A stretch of 61,496 nucleotides of DNA, the filler included, from Actinomycetota bacterium (lineage in GTDB: Bacteria > Actinomycetota > CADDZG01 > JAHWKV01 > JAOPZY01), in assembly GCA_025963875.1 (NCBI GenBank). It is 8 parts of 8 records of this genome, joined end to end, with 100 filler letters (N's around TTAATTAATTAA, not from the genome) between each part and the next. Parts side by side here need not be neighbours in the genome. Positions count along the whole stretch, not along the records: positions 14,103 to 22,182 come from JAOPZY010000005.1; positions 22,283 to 29,793 come from JAOPZY010000012.1; 6 more parts are not named here. One strand, written 5' to 3'. Both the position numbers and the translations under genes were made by a program. Position 1 is the stretch's first letter, and the number at the start of each line of letters is the position of its first letter. The notes under the pieces were generated by a model. The model had not been told where the DNA came from. It searched no databases and saw only the letters and a list, made by a program, of their open reading frames with translations. Below, one piece after another: positions 17,062-26,755 of the stretch.

Positions 17062-18017
17062 ACCACGACGTCCTCGTCCTGGCCGAGGCGGCCGGCGACA
17101 GCTTCATCGACCCCACCTTCGAGCTTCTCGGCAGAGCCCGGGACCTCGCCACCGCGTGGGGTGGCCGCGTGCTGGCGCTGGTCCTCGGCCCGAGCCCGGA
17201 CCCGAGCATGCTGAACGCCGACGTCGTCCTCACGGTGTCCCATCCCAAGCTCGACGCCTACACGCCCGAGGCGCACGCCCGGGCGGCGCAGCATGTCGTC
17301 GCCGAGCTCGACCCCAAGCTCGTCCTCCTCGCCAATACGACGGAGGGCATGGATCTCGGCGCTGCCCTTTCCCTGTGGTGCCAACGACCTCTGGTCGCGT
17401 ACGCCGTCGATGTCCGGGCCGAGGATGACGCCATCGTGGCGACCAGCCAGCTCTTCGGGGGCAGGCTGCTGGCCGAGGTCGCCCTCGAGGGGGACCGGGG
17501 CATCTGTGCCGTCGTCGGTGGCTCGTTTCCGCCGGCCCGCGTCCCAACTCGCCCTCCGGTGGTCGAAGTCGTGGCACCGCCGGTGTCGCTCGACGGCGTG
17601 ACGACGGTTCCCCGCGGCATGCCCCCGGGCGAGGACGAGGACATCGACATCACCAAGGCCCCGATGCTGGTCGCCATCGGCCGCGGCCTCAAGTCGCAGG
17701 ACAACGTCGCCGTCGCCCAGGCGCTGGCCGAGGCACTGGGGGCCTCGCTGTCGGGCACGTCCCAGGTGTGCGATCTCGGCTGGCTGCCCCGCACCCGCCA
17801 CGTCGGCAAGTCAGGCGTGAAGGTCCGGCCGCGCGCCTACCTGTCGTTCGGTATCTCCGGCGCCCCCGAGCATCTCGAAGGCATCAGGGAATCGGAGCTG
17901 ATCATCGCCTGCAACACCGACGAAGCCGCCCCGATCTTCGACGCCGCACAGTACGGGACGACGGCCGACGCCATCGAGTTGCTCAGGGCGTTGACGAGCC
18001 GAGTCCAGCAGCGCTGA
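17058..18017 (+). CDS. etfA: Electron transfer flavoprotein alpha subunit
   Basis: LVAIGRGL, LAEALGA, WLPRTRHVGKSGVKVRP, FGISGAPEHLEGI, NTDEAAPIF; 4-nt overlap with etfB. Confidence 0.93.
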   Translation: MNHDVLVLAEAAGDSFIDPTFELLGRARDLATAWGGRVLALVLGPSPDPSMLNADVVLTVSHPKLDAYTPEAHARAAQHVVAELDPKLVLLANTTEGMDLGAALSLWCQRPLVAYAVDVRAEDDAIVATSQLFGGRLLAEVALEGDRGICAVVGGSFPPARVPTRPPVVEVVAPPVSLDGVTTVPRGMPPGEDEDIDITKAPMLVAIGRGLKSQDNVAVAQALAEALGASLSGTSQVCDLGWLPRTRHVGKSGVKVRPRAYLSFGISGAPEHLEGIRESELIIACNTDEAAPIFDAAQYGTTADAIELLRALTSRVQQR

Positions 18018-18051
18018 GCCCCAAGCCCCCGGCTCTACACTGGTTCTCGCA

Positions 18052-18627
18052 ATGTCCTGCAGGCGGTGTGTCGTGATCCTGATGCTGGTTTCGGTGCTGC
18101 TTGCCGCCTGCACCAAGAAGGCGCCGCGGGCTCAGAGTGGCTCCCGGACCCCAACCACCGCCACGGCGACGTCGCCTGCCATCTTCCCCGCGACCACGCC
18201 GACCTCGGCCCGCCCCACCTCAAACGTCAACTGCGGCATCGTCAGCGTCGCCGAGGTCAACGAGGCCTTGGGGACAGCCGTGGGCGGCCGCCATATCGAC
18301 AACAGCAACCTGCCGGCGACCGTGTGTACGTACTCGGGCGGGACGGCTGCGAAGACCGTCATCATCCGCTTCCAGACCGGTCAGGACAACTTCACCTTCG
18401 CAGATGACAAAGCGAGCCTCAGCAGCAACGGCCAGCAGATCACCGATGTCAGCGGCTACGGCGACGAGGCGTACACCTCCGTCCTCACCGCTCCCGGCGG
18501 CATCGCGGTCACGACGCTGGTGGCCCGAAAGGGCGACGTCGTCGTCCTCATCAGTGCGCCCACGGCGCTCGGGCCCGTCGAGACCCTGATGCAGAAGATC
18601 CTGTCCCAAGTACAAGTACAAGGTTAG
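18052..18627 (+). CDS. Lipoprotein (DUF3558-like)
   Basis: Lipobox LLAAC, Thr/Pro-rich linker, C...EVNEALG...CTY...VSGYGDEAY. Confidence 0.75.
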   Translation: MSCRRCVVILMLVSVLLAACTKKAPRAQSGSRTPTTATATSPAIFPATTPTSARPTSNVNCGIVSVAEVNEALGTAVGGRHIDNSNLPATVCTYSGGTAAKTVIIRFQTGQDNFTFADDKASLSSNGQQITDVSGYGDEAYTSVLTAPGGIAVTTLVARKGDVVVLISAPTALGPVETLMQKILSQVQVQG

Positions 18628-18664
18628 GAGCCCAGCGCGCGCATGTGCGCGATCTGCTCCTAAG
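18622..18664 (+). repeat. 43-bp REP-like imperfect palindrome, copy A
   Basis: GGTTAGGAGCCCAGCGCGCGCATGTGCGCGATCTGCTCCTAAG aligns without gaps to 51839-51881 and the reverse complement of 57269-57311. Confidence 0.75.
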
Positions 18665-18698
18665 TTCGGGCGGGTCGGGGCCGGAACCGCGGAGGCCG

Positions 18699-20078
18699 TC
18701 ACGAGGCCAGTTCAGAGGCGATCGCGTAGTGGCCCCCCGGCAGGGGATCGAGCACCAGCGTGGCGCCATAGGGGGCTCCGTTCTTCGTGCCATGCACCGT
18801 CATCCCGATCCGGGGCGCATCCTGGGGCCGGAGCGGGTTCCTCACCAGCACCACCGTCATCCGGTCGAAGACGTAGGCGGCCGGACCCTTCGCCGCCAGA
18901 TCGCCCACCACGTCCTGGCCCATCGCCTGGGCCGCCTGCTGCGTGATCGAGGCGGCGATCCGCTGGACGCCGGGGTCGATCGCCACCTGCGGGATTGCCG
19001 CTGCCGGCGCGACGAACCGCTCGCCGGCCACCGGACGCGACACCGCTCCGGCGGGCCGGGCCCGCACGCCTGCCACGAACAGCAGCCCGCCGCCCACGAC
19101 CACGGCCACCAGCACCGCGAAGGCGGGCACACGGATCCGGCCCCCCCGAGTCGCGACGAGGCGCTCGACCAACGGCCGTGCGGCGCAGACGACCGCGAGG
19201 CCCGCCAGCACGCCGACCTTCGTCGAGAACTCCGTGCGGGCCGGGGCCAGCAGCAACGCCGCCACGAACCCCACGGAGGCGCCGTAGACCGCTCGGGCCA
19301 GCTTGCCCGTTGGCGTCGTCTTGGGGTCGGTGATCATGAAGAACATGAAGACCAGGATCTCGGGTGACAGGGCCAGCACCGACCAGAACGACCCGCCACA
19401 CACCTGACCCACGTGCCACCGGGCGGTCATGCAGTGCCCGGACAGGGCGAGCAGCCCCGTGCAGGCCGCGAAGGTGAACCAGAAGGCCACGACGAGACCC
19501 AGCATCCGCAGCCGCGACACGATGACGAGGCCCCCGGTGACGATGACGGCGAGGGTGAGCACGAGCCCCGGCGACATCGGCCCCCACCAGAGGTCCTGGG
19601 GGTTGACCAGCCGGGTGCCGAGCAGACCGAAGACCACGACGAGGCCGAAGTTCGAGGGGTTGAACACGTGCCGGTCCCCGACCCGGATGACGTACTTCGA
19701 CAGCAGCGAGATCGCCGCGGCCCCAGCGAAGATGCCGGCCCCCCGGAGGCTCCACCAGTCGCCGTGGACGGTGCCGGGGACTCGCAGGATGAATGCGACG
19801 CCGTTGCCGGTCAGCAGCGCGCTTGCCGGCCACATGAGGACCCGGCGCCGCCAGAGTGTGAGGCCGACCTCGAGGGCGGCGCACGTCAGGATCGAGACGG
19901 CGATCTGGGCAATGGACAGTTCGAAGCCCAGGACGGTCTGGCCCAGCACCTGCAACGAGATGATCACCGCCGCCAGGTGCAGCCGGGGATCCCGCAGCGT
20001 CGGCACCACCAGGGGGTACTGCCGGCCCGCGATGCGAACCGACCGCGCCGGGACGGGAGCGAGGGCCTGGGTGGTCAT
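18699..20078 (-). CDS. RnfD/NqrB/UnbU-like multi-pass membrane protein
   Basis: DPRLH, WPASALLTG, SKYVIR...HVFNPSNFG, FFMITDPKTTP. Confidence 0.8.
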   Translation of the reverse strand: MTTQALAPVPARSVRIAGRQYPLVVPTLRDPRLHLAAVIISLQVLGQTVLGFELSIAQIAVSILTCAALEVGLTLWRRRVLMWPASALLTGNGVAFILRVPGTVHGDWWSLRGAGIFAGAAAISLLSKYVIRVGDRHVFNPSNFGLVVVFGLLGTRLVNPQDLWWGPMSPGLVLTLAVIVTGGLVIVSRLRMLGLVVAFWFTFAACTGLLALSGHCMTARWHVGQVCGGSFWSVLALSPEILVFMFFMITDPKTTPTGKLARAVYGASVGFVAALLLAPARTEFSTKVGVLAGLAVVCAARPLVERLVATRGGRIRVPAFAVLVAVVVGGGLLFVAGVRARPAGAVSRPVAGERFVAPAAAIPQVAIDPGVQRIAASITQQAAQAMGQDVVGDLAAKGPAAYVFDRMTVVLVRNPLRPQDAPRIGMTVHGTKNGAPYGATLVLDPLPGGHYAIASELAS

Positions 20079-20107
20079 CCCTGAAGTATCCGCCGGGGGC
20101 GGCAGGC

Positions 20108-22182
20108 TCAGACGGAGGTGATGGCCTTCAGCACGTCGAGCTTGGAGGCCCGGTGCGCCGGGAACAGCGCGGCGAGGATGGCGAAGAGGAAGACGGCGAT
20201 CAGGACCTCGATGATGGTCGCCACGGGGATCACGACCTGCGTGATCCCGGCCCCCGTCCCGGAGAGCGTGGATACGAGGGCGGCGCCGAGTGCGACGCCA
20301 AGGACCAGACCGAGGATCGCGCCAAGGATGGAGACCACCACCGCCTCGCCGCGGATCATGCGGCGGACCTGCCGGCGGTGCATGCCGATCGACCGGACGA
20401 GGCCGATCTCCCTGGTCCGCTCCAGGACCGAGAGCGCCAGGGTGTTGATCACGCCGACCATGGCGATGATGATCGACAGTGCAACGAGGGCGTAGATGAA
20501 GTAGAGGAAGCCCTTGATCGCCTTCTTCTGATCTTCCTTGAATTGTGTCCCCGTCCGCACCTTCAGGTCGGGGAATCCGGCGACCGCCTTCGTGAGGGCC
20601 GCCTGGACCGGGCCGGTGGTCGAGGAGGTCTTGACGAGGATGAAGCTGTCACGAACCGAGTTGCTGTTGGCGGCGATGAGGGCACTGGAGGCGACGTAGC
20701 TCCCCAGGAACTGGTTGTCCTGGAAGATCCCGGCCACGGTCAGCGTCTTGTCGCCGGTGGCGGGGAAGGTCATGGTGAGCCTGTCCCCCACGTGCACGTG
20801 GTCGTTGGTCGAGGTGGTCTCATCGACGAGGAGCTGGTCACGGGCAAGGGCCAGCGATCCCTTCGTCACCGTGATCCTGAAGACCTGGGGCCCCTGGACG
20901 GGGTCGATGCCGGCGAGGTCCTTGCTCGCCCCCTTCAGATGGACCAGGGACTGCGAGAAGCCGCTCATGGCCGTCACGCCGGGCGCCGCTTTGATGGCGG
21001 CCTCGGCCGGCCCGGCGGGGAACGGCTGCCCGGTGTTGGTCGAGACGACGTAGCTTGCCTGGAAGCTGTGGTCGAAGAGGCCGTTGAACGATCCCAGCAG
21101 CGACCCTACCAGCGTGGCGATCGCTGCCACGACCGCGATGCCGATCATGAGGGCCGACGCCGTGGCGGCCGTCCGCCGTGGGTTGCGGACCGAGTTGGCC
21201 CTTCCCAGCGTCCCGCTCACGCCCTGCACCAGCGGCAACGGTGCGCCGATCAGCTTGGACATTGGCCCTGCGATGAGCGGTACGAGCATGGCCACACCCA
21301 GGAAGATGACGAGGGCGCCGAGCCCGACGGGCAGCAGGGTCTTGCCGGCCAGCCCGATAACGAGCCCGGCGATGCCGACTGCAAGCACGGAGGTGCCGAA
21401 GATCGCCCGCCGCCGCAGCGACCCTTCGGCGACGACGATGTCGTCCCGCATCGCGGCGACCGGGGGGACCCGGGAAGCCCGCACCGCGGGAACCACTGCA
21501 GAGATCACGGTGATCAACGTTCCGGCAGACAGGCTGATGATGATCGTCCGCGGAAGGATCTGCAGGCTCGTCGCCGACAGGCTGAGTTGGCTCTTCAGGA
21601 CGAAGTAGAGGCCGTAGGCCAGCGCGATGCCGAGCCCAAGCCCGATCGCCGACCCGAACAGCCCTGTCAGGAGGGCCTCGACCATCACCGAGGTCAGCAC
21701 CTGCCCGCGACCCGCCCCGACAGCACGCAGGAGGGCGAGCTCGCGGGTGCGCTGCCCGATCAGGATCGTGAAGGTGTTGAAGATCAGGAAGGCGCCAACC
21801 AGGAGGGCGATGACGGCGAATACGAGCAGGAACGTGTTGAAGAGACTGAAGAAGGAGTCGAAGCTGGCGGCGGCCTCGGAGGCGGCGGTGGCGGCGCTGA
21901 CCGCCTCGTAGTGCGGAGGCATGACGGCGCCCACGCGGGTGACGAGCTGGGGGGTGGTGACGCCGGGCGAGGCGCCGATGTCGATCTCGGTGAAGGAGTC
22001 CGGCCGGCCGGCGACTGCCTGCGCCGTTGCCGTGTCGAAGGCGACCAGCGCCGCGCCGGCGATGGTGTCCTGGGTGCCGAAGCCGATGGTGCCGACCACG
22101 GTGTAGGGCTGGGGACCCGGGTTGCCGGTGACGGTGATCGTGTCGCCGAGCTTCACCTTCTTCGAGGTAGCTGTCTTGGTGT
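20108..22182 (-). CDS. FtsX-like ABC transporter permease (5' partial)
   Basis: Two FtsX modules: FLIFNTFTILIGQRTRELALLRAVGA and INTLALSVLERTREIGLVRSIG; RNPRRTAATASALMIG; runs off contig end. Confidence 0.92.
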
Positions 22183-22282
22183 NNNNNNNNNNNNNNNNNN
22201 NNNNNNNNNNNNNNNNNNNNNNNNNNTTAATTAATTAANNNNNNNNNNNNNNNNNNNNNNNNNNNNNNNNNNNNNNNNNNNN
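22183..22282. other. Artificial contig spacer
   Basis: N44-TTAATTAATTAA-N44. Confidence 0.99.
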
Positions 22283-23736
22283 TTGTGCCCATTGGCCTTG
22301 TGGCCATTCGCCGAATTGCCATTGGCCGAGGGTGCGAAGGAGACCGTCTTCGGGCCCGACGAGGAGACCCGGCTCAGCCGCTCCGGCAACCGGCCCCAGG
22401 TGTGGCCCAGGGCGCCGAGCATCCGCCTGACCCTTCCCGGTTTCTTCTCGGCCGGCTCGGCCGGCAGGACCGGCAGGGAGTTGCGCGCCCATACCGGTCG
22501 CTCATCCGCGAGGGCGGCGACAGCCTCCGCCTCCTTTCGGCGATCACGCCGGCTCGGCCGGGTCACTGTGGCCGGGCGCACCATGCCGGCGGTGCCACCC
22601 ACGAGGAAGGTGGGAACGGTCGCCCGCGATCGGGACCGCCGCAGCTCCGCCGCCAGCTTGAAGGTGCGGGTGTGGGCAATGCCCAGCGTCCCCAACACGA
22701 GCAGGACGAACAGGACCACGGGAACGGTCGGCTGCGAAATGATGTGCCCGCCGGCCAGGAGAACGGAATTCATGAGGCCCCCGACGTTGACGCCGGGCGC
22801 AGGCTGCGGCCCAGGTGCCTCGAGCCCCTCGACGGGCACGACGCCGCCGGCCTGGGCGATGGCCCGGTTCAACATGTCGTCGAGCCAGGACTTCGGGTCC
22901 ACCGGGGATCCCCAGGCATGCCCCGGCGGGTAGAGCTGGAAGTGCAAGTGGGGGCTTCCCCCGGCGGCGTCGCCAGTGTTGCCGACGAAACCGAGGACGG
23001 TCCCGGCGTCCACGTGGGCGCCGGTCTTCAGGCCCGGGGCGAAGCTCTGCAGGTGGGCGCCGTAGAGGCCGTAGCCGTCGTCGCCCATGAAATACACGGA
23101 GTTGCCGCCGACGCTCTCGAATCCGTAGCGCTGCACCGAGCCCGCCTCGGGGGCCACGAAGGGAGTCCCGAAGTTGGCGAAGATGTCGTTGCCCTGGTGC
23201 AGGTGGGGGCACGGGGTCGAGCGTGGCTCACCCCAGTCGTCACGGTAGGAGGCGGGCCCGGCCAGCGGGAAGGGGGCGGCCACCCGCAGCATGGTGGCCT
23301 GGACGCTGCCGCCGGGCGGGGTGACCTTGGTCGCCGCGTCGAGCAGCGGAAGGGTCGTCCGGGGAGCGGTGCGGGCGAACCTCAGGGGCGCAGGCACCCC
23401 TCCGCAGTGGACCTCGACCTGCGCTGGGATGGGGCCCGGGATCGGGGTGGCGCCGGCGACCCCGGTGTTGGGCTTCGGCTGGCCGGGGGCGCCACCCGCA
23501 GGCGCCGTGGGCTTCGCGGACGGGTTGAGGATCGGCGCGAGCGGTGCGAGGAGGTTGGGCAACAGAGACTCGAGCGGATTGGGAGCAGGCGTGGGTGCCG
23601 ACTGCGCGACCGCAGGACCGGCTAGAGCCAGCGAGCCAAGCATCACTCCCAACATCATTGTGGCGGCGACCCCCCACCGCGCACCGGTGTTCGAAGCTTT
23701 CGGCATCAAGCTCCCGATGGCTTTTGCTCGACACAC
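22283..23736 (-). CDS. M23 family metallopeptidase, signal peptide and C-terminal TM (3' partial)
   Basis: HQGND (HxxxD), YGAHL, GFVGNTGDA, PHLHF (HxH), VDP; start uncertain. Confidence 0.88.
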
Positions 23737-23870
23737 ACAGGCCCCTGGCCGCGGGCGCCGTATTCAAACACGAGAAGGGGGGCGGTCTCAAACTTTTCCC
23801 GTATAGATGAAACGTCCTGAATGCCTTGCATCGACCGCTCGCAGCGGCGAACAAGGGGACGAACGAACGC

Positions 23871-25127
23871 TTACGGTGGGGTGATGCCGAGCGCCGAGCG
23901 AACGGGCCGCAGCTTGAGGCGAGCCTCCTCCAACTCGGCGCCGGGGTCTGACTGAGCGACGATGCCGCAGCCGGCAAAGAGCCTCGCGGTCGTGCCGGAC
24001 AGCTCGGCACAGCGCAGCGCAATGGCCCACTCGCCGTCACCCCGGGCGTCCACCCAACCGACGGGGCCCGCATACCGCCCGCGGTTGGGTCCCTCCAGCT
24101 CCCGGATCAGGGCGAGCGCCTTGCGGGAGGGCGTGCCGCAGACGGCGGCCGTCGGGTGAACAGCGCCCGCGATGCTGAGGGCATCCGGCACGGGGTCGCC
24201 CGAGAGCTCCCCCACGACCTCCGTGGCCAGGTGCTGGACGTTGGCGAGCCGCAGCAACGAGGGCTCCGGGTCGATCCGCAGCGTGCGGCAGAGCGGGTGC
24301 AGGGCCTCGACCACGGTCACGACGGCGAGGTCGTGCTCCCAGCGGTCCTTGGTCGAGGCCAGGAGCGCGGCACCCAACCCGGCGTCCTCCTCCGGGTCGG
24401 CGCCCCGGCGAGAGGAGCCCGCCAGGGGCTGCGACCGGAGCGCCCGGCCCTCCCGCCGGACCAGCAACTCGGGGCTGGCACCGACGAACGAATCGAAGGC
24501 GAACGTGTAGCACTCGGGGTACTCCCCGGCAAGCCGGGCAAGGACCCGCCGCTGGTCGAACGGGGATGCAGAGGTGGCGAGCACCTGGAGGGACAGGACG
24601 ACCTTGTCGAGCCTGCCGTTGCGGATGGCGTCGCGGGCCGCCTCGACGGCCCGCGTGAAGGAACCCTCGTCGAGTGCCCCCGGTTCGGCCCCGGCCTTGG
24701 CTATCGTCCCGCCGTCTGCGTGGGTTTCGACGTCGGCAGCCCCCCGCCCGGTCCGTGTGACCCATGCCCTTCCGCCCGAAATGCCGATGATCACCGCGGG
24801 GATCACCAGGGCCGACGCTGGGGAATCGGGGTCGAAGGCGAAGCTCCCGAAGGCGAGGGGGCCGGTCCCCCACCCGCCGACGGCGTCATCGATATCCGCT
24901 CCCCCGAGCAAATCCGCCATGGCCGCAGCGGCACGCTGGAAGCGCCCGCGGCCCGTGCCCACCCGGACGCGGGCCGCCTCACCCCAGCCAATGAACCCCT
25001 CGCCCTCACGGATCCAGGCAACCCCTCCGGTGGCAGGCAGGCGAGCGATGAGCTCTGGCATCTCGTCGAGCGGGTCGGTGCGGGACACCAGGCCCGCGGG
25101 GTCCGCCCGGTGGGCGGGCAGGCTCAC
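23871..25127 (-). CDS. menF: Isochorismate synthase
   Basis: LDKVVL, FVGASPELL, LAGS, KDRWEH, NVQHLAT, HPTAAVCGTP, RGRYAGPVGW, IALRC, FAGCGIV. Confidence 0.92.
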   Translation of the reverse strand: MSLPAHRADPAGLVSRTDPLDEMPELIARLPATGGVAWIREGEGFIGWGEAARVRVGTGRGRFQRAAAAMADLLGGADIDDAVGGWGTGPLAFGSFAFDPDSPASALVIPAVIIGISGGRAWVTRTGRGAADVETHADGGTIAKAGAEPGALDEGSFTRAVEAARDAIRNGRLDKVVLSLQVLATSASPFDQRRVLARLAGEYPECYTFAFDSFVGASPELLVRREGRALRSQPLAGSSRRGADPEEDAGLGAALLASTKDRWEHDLAVVTVVEALHPLCRTLRIDPEPSLLRLANVQHLATEVVGELSGDPVPDALSIAGAVHPTAAVCGTPSRKALALIRELEGPNRGRYAGPVGWVDARGDGEWAIALRCAELSGTTARLFAGCGIVAQSDPGAELEEARLKLRPVRSALGITPP

Positions 25128-25816
25128 GCCCGGGTGCCGGTGATGAGCTGTGCCGCGCCCATGAAGAGGAGTTGCCGCCGGGCGTCGGGGAAACCTGAGG
25201 CCCGCAGCATGGCGAGCATGTCTGCCGGTTCGGGGAGGTAGGCGGTGGACGCCGGGAGGTAGCGGTAGGCGGCCCGGTCCGACAGCAGGCCCCCGATGAG
25301 CGGGACCACCTTGCGGAAGTACATGCCGTGGACCACCCTGGCCGGGCGCCAGCGGGGCTCGGCGACCTCGAGGAGGCCGATCCTCCCGCCGGGACGGACC
25401 ACCCTCGCCACCTCGCCGAAGAAGCTGCCCAGGTCGGCCACGTTGCGGAGGGCGAAGCCGCAGGTGATGCCGTCGGCCGAGGCGTCCTGGACCGGCAACT
25501 TGAGGGCGTCGGCCAGGACGAGCGGGGCCGCGGTCGTCGCCGCGGACAGCATCCCCGCGGAGTTGTCGAAGCCCACGGAGCGGAGGCCGGCAGCCGCCAG
25601 GTCATTGCAGAAGTCGCCCGTCCCGCAGGCCAGGTCGAGCACGAGCGACCCCGGGGGGAGGCCGAGGTCCGCAACCGTCTTGCGGCGCCACCCCGTGTCC
25701 ATTCCGAAGGTCAGAATGCGATTGAGCAGGTCGTAGCGAGGGGCGATGGCGTCGAACATCGTCCGGACCGCCTTGACCTTCTCCTGGCCGGTGGGCAGGG
25801 TGTCGCGGGGCTTCAT
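25124..25816 (-). CDS. menG: Demethylmenaquinone methyltransferase (UbiE/MenG)
   Basis: MFDAIAPRYDLLN, LDLACGTGD, FALRNV, RVVRPGG, AYRYLPAS. Confidence 0.92.
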   Translation of the reverse strand: MKPRDTLPTGQEKVKAVRTMFDAIAPRYDLLNRILTFGMDTGWRRKTVADLGLPPGSLVLDLACGTGDFCNDLAAAGLRSVGFDNSAGMLSAATTAAPLVLADALKLPVQDASADGITCGFALRNVADLGSFFGEVARVVRPGGRIGLLEVAEPRWRPARVVHGMYFRKVVPLIGGLLSDRAAYRYLPASTAYLPEPADMLAMLRASGFPDARRQLLFMGAAQLITGTRA

Positions 25817-26565
25817 GGAACCTCCTCGGGGGTGGCGGGTCCTTCGAAGCGGGCCTGGGCGGTCGCCAGAAGGACCCGCTGGAAATGGTGGGCGACCAGC
25901 CGGGTCGTGGCCGGCAGCAGGGTGCGGAAGGCCTCCACCAGCCGCTCCGCCGCCTCGGCGTCAGACTGCGACTCCTCGCGGATGGGAGCCCGGACGTATG
26001 CGTCGAAGAGCTCCACCGCCCGGGCCGCGGTGGCACGGGCCGCCCGGTCGTGCTCCTTCGCGAGGGCGAGCAGCTCGTCGAGCGGGAGCCCCGCCTCCAG
26101 CAGGGCGATACCGGCGGACGCCGCCCGGACGTCGGCCGAGGTGTAGCGGGGCCCGTCGCCGGGAGGGGCGACGAGCAGGCCCTGGCGCTCGATGACCTGG
26201 ATGAGGGCCTCCGGGATCCCGGTGCGCTCGGCGAACTCCTCGAGGGTCAGGAGCTCCTCGGGGTCCTTGTCCCCGCCGCCGTCGTCGCCCGGCAGGGCCC
26301 CGGGAAGCGTCCGGGCGAGGGCGCTGGCGAGGGCCTCGTCGGCGGCGTCGAGCTCACCGGCCAGCAGCCGGCGGATCGTGGCGAGCGAGAACCCCTTCTC
26401 CTTCAGGTCCCGGATCCGGGCGAGCCGCAGGCGATGCTCCTCCGAGTACCAGGAGACCCGGCCCTCCCGCTGGCCGGGCGGCATGAGGCCCTTGGCCTGG
26501 TAGAAGCGGACCGTGTCCACGCTGACGCCGCAGTGGGCTGCCAGCTCGTCGACCCGATATCGCAT
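25813..26565 (-). CDS. MerR-family regulator with two HTH regions
   Basis: YRVDELA...SVDTVRFYQAKGL...RLARIRDLKEKGFSL; second LTLEEFAERTGIP..GLL region. Confidence 0.88.
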   Translation of the reverse strand: MRYRVDELAAHCGVSVDTVRFYQAKGLMPPGQREGRVSWYSEEHRLRLARIRDLKEKGFSLATIRRLLAGELDAADEALASALARTLPGALPGDDGGGDKDPEELLTLEEFAERTGIPEALIQVIERQGLLVAPPGDGPRYTSADVRAASAGIALLEAGLPLDELLALAKEHDRAARATAARAVELFDAYVRAPIREESQSDAEAAERLVEAFRTLLPATTRLVAHHFQRVLLATAQARFEGPATPEEVP

Positions 26566-26618
26566 GAGCGCCCACTCTAGGAGTCCTCGCTCGCAGTGTC
26601 CACTGGGGAGCGCCAGTC

Positions 26619-26668
26619 GGAGGTTTGGTGTCTTTTTGTTCGCAGCGAACGGAAAAACGCCAAACTTC
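26619..26668. repeat. Imperfect inverted repeat in the merR/bioA divergent intergenic region
   Basis: GAGGTTTGGTGTCTTTTTGTTCGC-A-GCGAACGGAAAAACGCCAAACTTC. Confidence 0.6.
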
Positions 26669-26755
26669 AGCTTTAACAGGCTGTCAAAATGGCGAGCGGG
26701 ATTCCGAGGCCCCCTCAGGGGAATCTCGCGACGCCCTGTTAACCGCTAGATTCGG

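Noticed and set aside
16282..20078. ETF plus Rnf electron-bifurcation module
   Set aside because: Only one RnfD-like gene, on the opposite strand, with no RnfABCEG or acyl-CoA dehydrogenase on the contig
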